Assembly (NCBI GenBank): GCA_002402965.1
Contig: DHGW01000014.1
Location: 471 to 64,470 of the forward strand
From: Bacteroidales bacterium UBA4788
Lineage (GTDB): Bacteria; Bacteroidota; Bacteroidia; Bacteroidales; VadinHA17
Length of the DNA: 64,000 nt
Reading direction: 5' to 3'
A program made the translations under genes and the position numbers. The notes under the pieces are model-generated. The model was given only the letters and a program-made list of their open reading frames with translations. It was not told the origin of the DNA and did no database searches. Of this stretch, positions 37,578 to 46,849 are shown in pieces; the stretch's first letter is position 1, and each line of letters opens with the position of its first letter.

Positions 37578-37670
37578 CTATTTCTTCTTCTTATGCCTGT
37601 CTTTCCGCAAGCGCTTTTTACGCTTGTGGGTAGCCATCTTATGCCTTTTTCTCTTTTTACCGCTTGGCAT
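37578..37670 (-). CDS. 30-aa hyper-basic peptide, bS22/AURKAIP1-COX24-like small ribosomal protein candidate
   Basis: Hand translation gives MPSGKKRKRHKMATHKRKKRLRKDRHKKKK*. The ATG lies 4 nt after the HU stop. It is below the ORF-track length cut-off. Confidence 0.6.
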   Translation of the reverse strand: MPSGKKRKRHKMATHKRKKRLRKDRHKKKK

Positions 37671-37674
37671 ATTA

Positions 37675-37962
37675 TTACTTCTTAGCGTGTGATTTAACCT
37701 TGGTTATGAAAGTCTTGGCAGGTTTGAATGCCGGGATATTGTGGGCAGGAATGATAATAGTGGTATTCTTTGAGATGTTCCTGGCTGTTTTCTTTGCGCG
37801 CTTCTTCACGATGAAGCTGCCAAAGCCCCTGAGATAAACATTATTGCCGGCAACCATCGAGTCCTTAACTGATTCCATGAAAGCCTCAACGGTTTTCTGA
37901 ACGGTCACTTTCTCAATTCCAGTGTTCTTGGCAATTTCGTTAACAATGTCTGCTTTTGTCAT
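37675..37962 (-). CDS. hup: HU-family DNA-binding protein
   Basis: MTKADIVNEIA...VYLRGFGSF...RNISKNTTIIIPAHNIPAFKP arm motif. Confidence 0.9.
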   Translation of the reverse strand: MTKADIVNEIAKNTGIEKVTVQKTVEAFMESVKDSMVAGNNVYLRGFGSFIVKKRAKKTARNISKNTTIIIPAHNIPAFKPAKTFITKVKSHAKK

Positions 37963-38017
37963 GTTGCAAGAATTTTTAATTCAACAAATTATTTTGATGT
38001 TCTGTTTTTTCAATGTG

Positions 38018-38025
38018 CAAATATA
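38018..38025 (-). promoter_or_regulatory. -7 box TATATTTG for the HU / small-peptide / rng transcript
   Basis: Plus-strand CAAATATA, about 55 nt upstream of ATG 37962. Confidence 0.4.
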
Positions 38026-38237
38026 AAATATTATTTATCAATATCAGGTGATAAGAGTTTTTTTTCGAAGCGAATATCCTGATTTTTTGATACCTATAAA
38101 ATATACATGGCAAAAACGGTCCTCCCGGCCGGGCCCTGATGGTGTGCCTGAAGCGGAGAGATCACCTGCCGGGAGCCTTACAGTAAATTTTTTCGTAACT
38201 TTACATCCTCCAATAAGATGTAAATAATTATAAAACC

Positions 38238-38741
38238 ATGTCATTCAATAAAGTAATTCTGGTGGGCAACGTCGGTAAGGATCCCGAGATCCGGCGTTTC
38301 GAGAACAATATCAAGGCATCATTCTCTCTTGCCACAAGTGAAACCTACACCCCCAGGGGAGGTGAAAAGGTGACACAGACCGAGTGGCACAACATTGTTG
38401 CATGGAGAAGACTAGCCGAACTCTCTGAAAACTATATCCGCAAAGGATCTCAGATACTGATTGAGGGCAAACTGCGCTACAGGTCATACGATGACCGCGA
38501 TGGCAACAAAAGATACATCGTTGAAGTTGAGGCAGATACGATTCAGCTGCTGGGTCGCAAACCCGATAGTCAGAACCAGCAGGGGCAGGGGTCACAGGGC
38601 AGCAACCAGGGGTTCCAGAACAGCGGACTGGGTTATTCCGCTCCGTCACAGAACTCATCACCTCTTCCAGGTGAGGGTCCGGGCGAGGGCCGGGGTGAGG
38701 ATCTCTCCTCACATGATGCAGCAGATGACCTGCCATTTTAG
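38238..38741 (+). CDS. ssb: single-stranded DNA-binding protein
   Basis: NKVILVGNVGKDPE OB-fold, a Gln/Gly-rich linker and an acidic tip DDLPF. Confidence 0.95.
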   Translation: MSFNKVILVGNVGKDPEIRRFENNIKASFSLATSETYTPRGGEKVTQTEWHNIVAWRRLAELSENYIRKGSQILIEGKLRYRSYDDRDGNKRYIVEVEADTIQLLGRKPDSQNQQGQGSQGSNQGFQNSGLGYSAPSQNSSPLPGEGPGEGRGEDLSSHDAADDLPF

Positions 38742-38760
38742 GTAACCAATTATTCCGGTT

Positions 38761-40089
38761 TTGGATACGCTGCTTTCAGGTTCAATCACAGGGGTAATTG
38801 CGCTGGCTGCAATTGCAGGGTCACCACTGACCCTGTTAACCGAAATTATAATACTGATCTTCCTGATAATTGCATCGGCCTTCATCTCAGGGTCCGAAGT
38901 CGCCTATTTTTCGCTCACACCGAATGATATGGAGGAGCTTCAGCACCGCAAGGGTAGCAGACCGGCCGCAGCGCTGAAACTGCTGGCCAAACCTGACAGG
39001 CTCCTCAGCACTATCCTGGTTGCAAACAACATCATCAATATTGCCATCATCATTCTTGCGGCATTCATTAGTTCAAGAATGTTCGATCTGAGCAATAATC
39101 CCATCCTCTCATTCATAATTGAGGTGGTTGTCATCACCTTCATCCTTCTGCTCTTCTGCGAGATTATTCCGAAGGTTCTCGCAACGCGAAGCCAGCTGAA
39201 GTTTTCCCTGATGATGGCTCCGGCCCTCACCTTAGTCTCCGGTATTCTGAAACCGCTTGCCTCACTCCTTTCCTACTCCTCCTTCTTCGTGAAGCGAAGA
39301 CCAAGGAGCAGGGATGCAGGACTCAGCATTGACGACCTGTCGGTGGCTCTCGACCTGACCTCTTCAGGAATCAAAGATGAGAAGGAGATCCTTAAGGGCG
39401 TGGTTCGCTTCGGCAACACCAACACCAGTGCAATCATGTGCCCGCGCATTGACGTGACAGCTCTTGACTTCAGCAAGGGATTCCATACAATCATGGAGGA
39501 AGTGGTGGAGTCAGGCTTTTCAAGGATCCCGGTCTACTCAGGCTCCTTTGACAATGTAAGGGGTATACTCTTCGTCAAGGACCTGTTGCCTCACCTGGGT
39601 AAGCCTGACAACTTCAGGTGGCAGACGCTCATAAGGCCCGCCTATGTTATTCCTGAAACGAAAAAGATCAGTGAGCTCCTGAAGGAGTTTCAGACCAAGA
39701 AGATACATATGGCCATAGTAGTCGATGAATACGGCGGTACGAGCGGGCTGGTGACACTTGAGGACGTGCTGGAGGAGATAGTCGGAGAAATCACCGACGA
39801 GACCGACGAGGAGGAGCTTCTCTTCAGGGAGACGGGAAAGGGGACATGGGTCTTTGACGGGAAGATACTGATGAACGACTTCTACCGGATAACCGGGCTG
39901 GAGGATGATCCGTTCGAGGATGTGAGGGGCGACGCCGAGACGCTGGCCGGAGTACTGCTCGAGCTGCTTGAGGAGATACCTGTCAAGGGAAGGGTTATCT
40001 CCGCGGGAGGATTTACGTTCACCATAGAGACGATAGAGAACAGGCGGATAAGGGAGATTACAGTAGAAAAGAAAGGGGAAAGCAAATGA
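38761..40089 (+). CDS. gldE: CNNM/hemolysin-family membrane protein (DUF21-CBS-CorC), GldE-type
   Basis: The domain order, and the position between ssb and gldD, match Flavobacterium gldE. TTG start. Confidence 0.7.
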   Translation: MDTLLSGSITGVIALAAIAGSPLTLLTEIIILIFLIIASAFISGSEVAYFSLTPNDMEELQHRKGSRPAAALKLLAKPDRLLSTILVANNIINIAIIILAAFISSRMFDLSNNPILSFIIEVVVITFILLLFCEIIPKVLATRSQLKFSLMMAPALTLVSGILKPLASLLSYSSFFVKRRPRSRDAGLSIDDLSVALDLTSSGIKDEKEILKGVVRFGNTNTSAIMCPRIDVTALDFSKGFHTIMEEVVESGFSRIPVYSGSFDNVRGILFVKDLLPHLGKPDNFRWQTLIRPAYVIPETKKISELLKEFQTKKIHMAIVVDEYGGTSGLVTLEDVLEEIVGEITDETDEEELLFRETGKGTWVFDGKILMNDFYRITGLEDDPFEDVRGDAETLAGVLLELLEEIPVKGRVISAGGFTFTIETIENRRIREITVEKKGESK

Positions 40090-40658
40090 GAAACCATATT
40101 GCAACCGTGCTGCTGACAGCTGCCCTGCTTTTGGCAGGCTGCGGGCAGACGCCTGTGCCGAAGCCGGCCGGTTACTTCAGGATCGATCTGCCGGAAAAGA
40201 GCTATGTCCATTATGACACCCCCTGCTCCTACTCCATCGAATACCCGGAATATGCAAGGATCAACCTCAGGCCTGCAGCGGCCACTGACACCTGCTGGAT
40301 GGACATCGAATTCCCGTCAATGAAAGCAAGTATACACCTGACATATTTCGACATCCGCAATAACCTGGCATCCCTTACCGAGCTGACCCGAGAGATGGCC
40401 TACAAACACTCCATCAGGGCCGAAGCAATCGAGGAACAGATATGGGCTGATGACTCGTCACAGGTCTACGGCATCCTCTATGACCTGAAGGGAAACACCG
40501 CTTCGGCAGTGCAGTTCTTCGTCACAGACAGCACCAGCCACTATCTGAGGGGTTCACTTTACTTCATGGCCCAGCCAAACGAGGATTCGCTCATGCCAGT
40601 GATAAATTTTCTCAGGGACGACATTATTCACCTCATCGAGACGCTGAACTGGAGATAG
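40086..40658 (+). CDS. gldD: gliding motility lipoprotein GldD
   Basis: Lipobox LLAGC followed by PKPAGYFRIDLPEKSY. 4-nt overlap with gldE. Confidence 0.65.
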   Translation: MRNHIATVLLTAALLLAGCGQTPVPKPAGYFRIDLPEKSYVHYDTPCSYSIEYPEYARINLRPAAATDTCWMDIEFPSMKASIHLTYFDIRNNLASLTELTREMAYKHSIRAEAIEEQIWADDSSQVYGILYDLKGNTASAVQFFVTDSTSHYLRGSLYFMAQPNEDSLMPVINFLRDDIIHLIETLNWR

Positions 40659-40661
40659 ACC

Positions 40662-41306
40662 ATGGGCTGCATCACAAAGCACTATCTGAATAAGGAGACT
40701 GTCATCGGCGTCTGGAAGATCGAGGAGGATCTGGAGACCCTTCTTACAATGGTCGATATGAGCCGGGAGGACAGGAACAGATATGAGATCTTCCGCAGCA
40801 ACTCCAGGAAGATGGAGTTTCTGAGTGTCAGGGCGCTGCTTGCGGAGATGCTGGGCAGGGAGGCACGTATAGTCTATAACAAGAATAACAAACCCTTTAT
40901 TAAGGACGGCTCGCACTTTATCAGCATCAGCCACTCCAACAAGCTGACAGCCATACTTATAAGCAAGGATGAACGGGTGGGGATCGACCTTGAATACATG
41001 CGCGTGAACATCAATGCCTTTGCATCGAAGTTCCTGAACAAAGGAGAGAAGATCACACGCAGGTGGGCTGACCGCACCTATCATCTCTACATCCACTGGT
41101 GCGCCAAGGAAGCAATGTACAAGATATGCGACAAGGAGGGGATAAACATTGTGAACGATATCACCATTGAGCCCTTTGAAGTGAAGGAAGCAGGAGAGAT
41201 TAAGGGGACCGTAAAGAACGAGAGGATCAATGACCGGTTCACCCTATTTTATTCACGGTACGACAACTACACCATTGTCTGGACGAAGAAGAAGCATGAG
41301 AATTGA
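40662..41306 (+). CDS. Sfp-type 4'-phosphopantetheinyl transferase
   Basis: ISISHS, VGIDLE and WCAKEAMYK motifs. Confidence 0.75.
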   Translation: MGCITKHYLNKETVIGVWKIEEDLETLLTMVDMSREDRNRYEIFRSNSRKMEFLSVRALLAEMLGREARIVYNKNNKPFIKDGSHFISISHSNKLTAILISKDERVGIDLEYMRVNINAFASKFLNKGEKITRRWADRTYHLYIHWCAKEAMYKICDKEGINIVNDITIEPFEVKEAGEIKGTVKNERINDRFTLFYSRYDNYTIVWTKKKHEN

Positions 41307-42036
41307 CATCACCTCGAGAAAGAAGAAACTTGTTGCCCGGCTGATTGACCCTGACAATGCAGGAGAGGAAGCACTTACCGTTGCTGCCGGACACGCTTCG
41401 GCAGCGGGGGTCGACCTCTTCCTTGCCGGGGGCAGTCTGACAAGCGTGCCGGTGGAGGGGGTCATCAGGCGGCTGAAGCAACTCTCATCCATCCCTGTCG
41501 TACTATTCCCCGGCAATCTGGCGCAACTTACTGCTGAAGCTGATGCCGTCTTCCTGTTGTCTCTCATCAGCGGCCGCAATCCCGAGTTGCTCATTGGCAA
41601 CCATGTCGTTGCGGCACCTTTGCTTAAAGGAATAAGGGAGAGGGTTATACCGGTAGGCTATATGCTTATCAGCTGTGGCGGGGGCACCTCCGTGGAGTAC
41701 ATGAGTCAGACCTCACCCATCCCGTCCGGCAAGAATGATATTGCCGTGGCTACAGCCCTTGCCGGTGAGATGCTGGGCATGAAGGCCATTTACCTGGAGG
41801 GAGGCAGCGGCGCCGCGAGACCGGTAAACCCGGCAATGATCAGGGCTGTGAGGGAAGTGATAACCATCCCGCTCATTACAGGAGGCGGGCTTGACACAGC
41901 TGAAAAGGTTGAACAGGCCTTTGAGGCAGGGGCCGACATGGTTGTGATCGGCAATGGCTGTGAACAGGATCCCACTCTGATCACCGCAGCATGCCGGGTA
42001 AGGGACCGGTATAACAATCCGGCAAGGAGTATCTGA
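41296..42036 (+). CDS. geranylgeranylglyceryl phosphate synthase family protein (PcrB/GGGPS)
   Basis: FPG...YLEGGSGA...ITGGGLDT...MVVIGN TIM-barrel phosphate-binding pattern. ATG 41296 overlaps the PPTase stop by 11 nt. Confidence 0.75.
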   Translation: MRIDITSRKKKLVARLIDPDNAGEEALTVAAGHASAAGVDLFLAGGSLTSVPVEGVIRRLKQLSSIPVVLFPGNLAQLTAEADAVFLLSLISGRNPELLIGNHVVAAPLLKGIRERVIPVGYMLISCGGGTSVEYMSQTSPIPSGKNDIAVATALAGEMLGMKAIYLEGGSGAARPVNPAMIRAVREVITIPLITGGGLDTAEKVEQAFEAGADMVVIGNGCEQDPTLITAACRVRDRYNNPARSI

Positions 42037-42148
42037 TTAAAAGTGCAATAAGCTTTGCACAGGCAGATAGCTATTCACCAGCTGACTGATCAAAAATCTG
42101 TGGTAATTAATAAAATCACCCGCCGGTCGCGGATCAGTGGCGCGGCAT

Positions 42149-43798
42149 CTACCTGAACAGTTCGTGGAGAGGTTCGCCGCTGGCGGCATTTGGCATAGGG
42201 ACCTTGCACAGCACCGAGAGGGTGGTGGCAATATCCCTTGTGCTGACGCTGCGGGTGACGGAAGCCTTGCTGGCGGTCCATCCGAACCATATCAGCGGCA
42301 CATGGCAGTCATACTCCCACGGCGAGTTATGGCCTGTTACATTGTCGGTCTTCTCAACCCATCCCGGATTCAGGGCAATCATCACATCGCCTGAGCGCTG
42401 CTGGCTGTAGCTGTTGCTCATCTTCCGCAAAAGACCTCCGGCAAAGTCGCTCATCTCAAATGACGATGTGGGAGCAGCTGATGCAATGCCTGAGAACTGC
42501 ACCATGAAACGTGCCACCTTTTTTTGCATATCCTCCAGGTTGATATTGGCATCTTCAATCAGCGCCCGGTTGAGGAAGATCTGGCTGTCATAGAAACCCT
42601 TCACCCAGTCTCCCTTCCCGTAGACGGCGTTGAGATAGCTGCGGAGCAGCTGGAGCGACTGGTTGAGCATGAAGTAGCCTGAAGGAACCCTGCTCTGCTT
42701 AAGAACGGCAGGTATCTCCGAAACCCCGTGTGCAGATACAAAATAAACAAGTACATTTTTCTTGCCCAGTGACTTGTCAATCTTATCAAGAAGTTTCCCG
42801 ATGTTCCTGTCGAGCCTGACGAGCGCGTCTGCAACTTCCACCGATGAGGGTCCGAACCGGTGACCGGCATAGTCGGTAGCCGAATATGTAACAGCAAGAA
42901 AATCAGTTATATCATCCTGACCCAGCTGCTCATTGTCTATCAGTCTGAGGGCCAGTTCGGTGGTGAAGTCATCGGCAAACGGTGTCTCGCGCAATATGGA
43001 GTAATCCCTTGTCACATTGAGCAGTTTACCCTTTGTGGACATAGTCTTGAGGTCATAGGGGAACCATGTCTGGCCGTTCAGTCCTCTTTCCAGATCACTC
43101 GAGTCGGGCTGGCATCCGGGATAGCTGGCAGGGTCAAGGATTGGCTGCCAGGGCTGGTTGAGATACTGTCCGGGGAGGAGCATGGCATTGAGGTCCATGA
43201 GCCACAGAGGCAGTGTACTGGCATAGTAGGTGCTTGACATCCAGGTGCCGGTGCGGTCATCATACCAGAATGCACCGTCGGCGGCATGGCCTGCCGTAAT
43301 GATGGCCGACATCTCGCGGATGCCTATCCCGTATACCTTGGCCCCTCCGCAGGAAGACATCTGCAGCTCATCAGAGAAGCTTGAAGAGAGTAGGTTGACG
43401 GGTGAGAAGAGCCCAGTCTCGAAGCTGCCCCCCACGGCGTTGACACTGGCATCCTGCACACAATAGATCATCTCATTATTAAAGGGGTGGAACCAGGAGT
43501 CAGAGGTTATGCCATGCGCGGAGGGCGAGGCGCCTGTGGAGATGGTTGCAAATCCCGGTCCTGCCTGGGTGGAAAGATAGTCTATCGATGCATTGCGGTA
43601 GTAGGTGCCTTCGTTGATCATCCTCTTCAGCCCGTTGGCGGGAAGAATATCCCAAATGCGTTCCAGCTGGTCATAACGCAGTTGCTCCACTACGATTCCG
43701 ATAACCAGTTTTGGTTTATCGGGTGGTATGTAGGCCGACTGAGCCGATGAGTAAATAGTAATTGCCAGGAGATATATCAGTGTGGTTACCCGTTTCAT
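42149..43798 (-). CDS. alkaline phosphatase superfamily (type I phosphodiesterase/nucleotide pyrophosphatase-like) secreted protein
   Basis: Signal peptide, VVEQLRYDQ, YSATDYAGHRFGP and SAHG motifs. Start trimmed to ATG 43798. Confidence 0.7.
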   Translation of the reverse strand: MKRVTTLIYLLAITIYSSAQSAYIPPDKPKLVIGIVVEQLRYDQLERIWDILPANGLKRMINEGTYYRNASIDYLSTQAGPGFATISTGASPSAHGITSDSWFHPFNNEMIYCVQDASVNAVGGSFETGLFSPVNLLSSSFSDELQMSSCGGAKVYGIGIREMSAIITAGHAADGAFWYDDRTGTWMSSTYYASTLPLWLMDLNAMLLPGQYLNQPWQPILDPASYPGCQPDSSDLERGLNGQTWFPYDLKTMSTKGKLLNVTRDYSILRETPFADDFTTELALRLIDNEQLGQDDITDFLAVTYSATDYAGHRFGPSSVEVADALVRLDRNIGKLLDKIDKSLGKKNVLVYFVSAHGVSEIPAVLKQSRVPSGYFMLNQSLQLLRSYLNAVYGKGDWVKGFYDSQIFLNRALIEDANINLEDMQKKVARFMVQFSGIASAAPTSSFEMSDFAGGLLRKMSNSYSQQRSGDVMIALNPGWVEKTDNVTGHNSPWEYDCHVPLIWFGWTASKASVTRSVSTRDIATTLSVLCKVPMPNAASGEPLHELFR

Positions 43799-43887
43799 AG
43801 TCAAGAAGTGCTCATGTGAAATAAGTCCCAAAAATATCAGTTTTGGGCTTACCTGCAACCCGGCCGGGAAAAGATATCACCAACAGG

Positions 43888-45600
43888 TCATTCGGTTATC
43901 AACCGTTTGAAGACTGCTTTGCCCCTGACCATCGGTCCTATGGGTTCCTTTCTGATGGAAATGATGTACAGCCCGGTAGGGAGTGAGCCGAAATCGCAGA
44001 CAACAGGCAGTCCGGTCTGAGCGGTTGTGCGGTAACGTCTTATGAGGGCTCCTGTTGATGTTGTCAGTGTGACTGTCACCTCCCCGGTGACTGCTTCCGG
44101 GGGCATGAGACTGAGTCTTCCGTCGGAGGGATTGGGCCATATCAGCAGCCCGTATCCGGGGGGATCGGGGTAGTCGGTGACTCTCTTCTGCAGTTGCACA
44201 TCCCTGATGAGAAGAGGTTCACCGGATGTCAGCTCTGCCGTAAGAGTGAATGATTCATAACCGGGACAGGAGAAGGTGAGGTCCCAGGTGCCGGGAGGGA
44301 GTAGCCTGCACCAGGTTCCGGTGAGTGTATCGGAAAAGGCATGGGATGAGTCGGCATCGTGCCCCGCAATAAATATCTTCGCGCTGAGAGGATCACCGGT
44401 CCCGGAATCAGTAACAGTGCCTCTTACCCCGGTGAGTGCCTCAGCGATATACCGCAGCAGTGACCGGTGGTTCCACTCCCACATCATTTCGAGGTTTGAG
44501 CCGGGGGTCATCTTTGTCTCATCCAGCTCTATCGTAACCTCACGGCCCCCGAGGCTCCAGGTGACAAAATCCTGTCTTCCACCCGTGATGACGTACCATT
44601 CCCATCCCCTTGTGACACCGTTGTTGAGGTAGGTCATGTAACCGGGTTCGGAATGCAGGTGGACCGTGTCTGCGTAGCGCCGGCTTACGGAGTTGAACCA
44701 TGCATCGTCGGGGTGGAGGCGTGTCCACCTGTCCCACGGGTAGTTCACCACCTCGGCGCCACTGTGCAGGTTGACGGAGAGGGCGAACCGTTTAGCTTCC
44801 AGGAAGCTGATCATGTCAAGGTTCTCCCGTTGCAGCGGCGGCGGCGGGGAGGCCTCCGGGTCAGGGAAGTTGCGGTTGAGGTCATAGCCGTTGCTGTTCG
44901 CCCTGACCGGATAGACTATCGTGTCTCCATTGCGGTACATGCCGTCAGGATTGGCCAGCGGGTTGATCCATATCTCCAGCCCTGAGACAAGCTCAGAAGC
45001 CAGCCCGCCGCCGCCGCTGCCCGCCGCAAGGTACTCCGCCAGCCGCATCAGGAGGACAAACCCGGCGGTCTCATCACCGTGGATGGAGGAGCTGAGCATT
45101 ACAGCCGGCTTCTTTTCTCCGGCACCCGTGTTGCCGGATATCTTCATTGCCAGGACAGCCCTGCCCATGAGGCTGAACCCTATTGTGTCGAGGAGGCAGA
45201 CCTCCGGCCATCGCTCTGCGATCTTGTGCATGATGGTGTCATAGTGCCTCCAGGTGGGGTATGACTGCCAGTGCATCGCCTCGGCAACAGATGAGGCTGT
45301 ATAAAAGCCTTTGCGGGCTTCCGGGAAAACAAGCTTGTACGGGATACCTGAGATGATGAATCCTTCAGCATCTCGCGGCGAGAGGCACAGACGGGCGGTG
45401 GTGCCGTCACACGATGAGACCGGAAAACGCGACGCCAGCCTGCTCATGGCATCGAATCCGGGATAACTTATGTCAACCTCAGCCTGGCCGTACAGCCTGA
45501 CAGCCTCTCTTATGTCATTGCCTGCCGGATTCTGCTGCCCGTACCCGGCCTGCCCCGTGAGCAGAATCAGGAAGAGAGGTATGACGAGGAGGTTTTTCAC
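43888..45600 (-). CDS. M14 zinc carboxypeptidase with T9SS C-terminal sorting domain
   Basis: SSIHGDETAG (HxxE zinc site), a middle beta-sandwich, and a C-terminus IWPNPSDGRLS...GLYIISI typical of a type A T9SS CTD. Confidence 0.8.
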   Translation of the reverse strand: MKNLLVIPLFLILLTGQAGYGQQNPAGNDIREAVRLYGQAEVDISYPGFDAMSRLASRFPVSSCDGTTARLCLSPRDAEGFIISGIPYKLVFPEARKGFYTASSVAEAMHWQSYPTWRHYDTIMHKIAERWPEVCLLDTIGFSLMGRAVLAMKISGNTGAGEKKPAVMLSSSIHGDETAGFVLLMRLAEYLAAGSGGGGLASELVSGLEIWINPLANPDGMYRNGDTIVYPVRANSNGYDLNRNFPDPEASPPPPLQRENLDMISFLEAKRFALSVNLHSGAEVVNYPWDRWTRLHPDDAWFNSVSRRYADTVHLHSEPGYMTYLNNGVTRGWEWYVITGGRQDFVTWSLGGREVTIELDETKMTPGSNLEMMWEWNHRSLLRYIAEALTGVRGTVTDSGTGDPLSAKIFIAGHDADSSHAFSDTLTGTWCRLLPPGTWDLTFSCPGYESFTLTAELTSGEPLLIRDVQLQKRVTDYPDPPGYGLLIWPNPSDGRLSLMPPEAVTGEVTVTLTTSTGALIRRYRTTAQTGLPVVCDFGSLPTGLYIISIRKEPIGPMVRGKAVFKRLITE

Positions 45601-45608
45601 TGTATCCG

Positions 45609-46697
45609 TTAAACGTTGAACCGTATGTGCAGTATGTCGCCGTCGGCAACCACATAACTCTTCCCCTCCACCATCAGCTTGCCGGCTTCGCGGCAGGCAT
45701 GCTCTGAGCCCAGCCTGATGAAGTCGTCATACTTCATCACCTCTGCCCTGATGAATCCTCTCTCGAGGTCAGAGTGAATGACGCCGGCAGCCTGCGGGGC
45801 GGTCATCCCCGCGGTGATGGTCCATGCCCGTATCTCCTTCGGCCCCACGGTGAAGAATGTCTGAAGGCTAAGCATCTCATATGCCGCCCTGACGAGTTTG
45901 TTGACACCCGGCTCCTTCAGTCCCGATGCCTCAAGGAACTCCATGCGGTCAGTCTCCTCGGTAAGATTGGCTATCTCGGCCTCGAGGGCGCCGGCAATCA
46001 CCAGCGGTCCGGCTCCCCTGACGGTGAGGTACTTCCTGATAGCATCAACGTATGCGTTGCCGTTCACTGCGGAGGCCTCGTCAACGTTGCAGACATATAG
46101 CACGGGTTTCATTGTCAGCAGGAAGATATCATCAACGTATTTCTTGTCTTCAGGTTTGACCTCAAGCGAGGAGGCGTTCTGAAAACCCTCGAGATGCTCC
46201 CTGTAGAGATTCAGCACCTCGATACCGTGCTTCGCATCCTTGTCACCTGTCTTAGCAGCCCGTTCCAGCCGCTGGATCTTCTTTACTACCGACTCCACAT
46301 CCTTGACCTGCAGTTCGAACTCTACGTTTTCGAGATCCCTGACCGGGTTGACTGACCCGTCAATGTGAGGCAGGTTGTCATCATCAAAGCAGCGAAGCAC
46401 GTGTATGAGCGCATCAGTGTTCCTTATCTCACCCAGCAGGCGTGCGCCGGAGCTGTCGCCCTGCCCCCTCACCAGCCCGGGGATATCGACGATATCAACG
46501 GTGGTATGGACAATGCGCTCGGTGGGCTGGAACTTTTCCAGATCATAGAGTCGCCTGTCCGGCACCTGGATGACACCGAGGTTTGCCTTGATACCCGTGC
46601 CGTATGTGTTGGTCTCACCGCGTGTGTTGGAGATACAGTTGAAAATCGTGGTCTTTCCCACGCTGGTGATACCGATAATTCCGCATTTCAATGCCAT
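45609..46697 (-). CDS. ychF: redox-regulated ATPase YchF
   Basis: P-loop GITSVGKTT and a TGS-like C-terminus DLERGFIRAEV...DGDILHIRFNV. Confidence 0.93.
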   Translation of the reverse strand: MALKCGIIGITSVGKTTIFNCISNTRGETNTYGTGIKANLGVIQVPDRRLYDLEKFQPTERIVHTTVDIVDIPGLVRGQGDSSGARLLGEIRNTDALIHVLRCFDDDNLPHIDGSVNPVRDLENVEFELQVKDVESVVKKIQRLERAAKTGDKDAKHGIEVLNLYREHLEGFQNASSLEVKPEDKKYVDDIFLLTMKPVLYVCNVDEASAVNGNAYVDAIRKYLTVRGAGPLVIAGALEAEIANLTEETDRMEFLEASGLKEPGVNKLVRAAYEMLSLQTFFTVGPKEIRAWTITAGMTAPQAAGVIHSDLERGFIRAEVMKYDDFIRLGSEHACREAGKLMVEGKSYVVADGDILHIRFNV

Positions 46698-46776
46698 GTC
46701 TCTTTTTCTCTTGCTGCAAAGTTACCAAAAAGAGGCTATCGGGAGGCGTGCAGGAGGCGGGTCATGCACTTTTTGT

Positions 46777-46784
46777 TAATTTTG
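46777..46784 (+). promoter_or_regulatory. -7 box TAATTTTG for the second ECF sigma operon
   Basis: Exact TAnnTTTG match. A 6-bp hairpin GACGCC/GGCGTC (46806..46821) lies in the predicted leader. Confidence 0.4.
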
Positions 46785-46849
46785 GGTGGAGGAGATTAAA
46801 CCATTGACGCCTTCTGGCGTCTGACTGACAAACACTGCCGGACAGGTCA

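Noticed and set aside
38044-38244. 66-aa minus-strand ORF in the HU-ssb spacer
   Set aside because: It would read through the ssb start region and has no promoter box or motifs. The sequence there looks like promoter and leader DNA.
42037-42148. Weak hairpin GTGCAA/TTGCAC between the convergent GGGPS and phosphatase genes
   Set aside because: The stem is only 6 bp and AT-rich with no clear U-tract. That is not enough to call a terminator.
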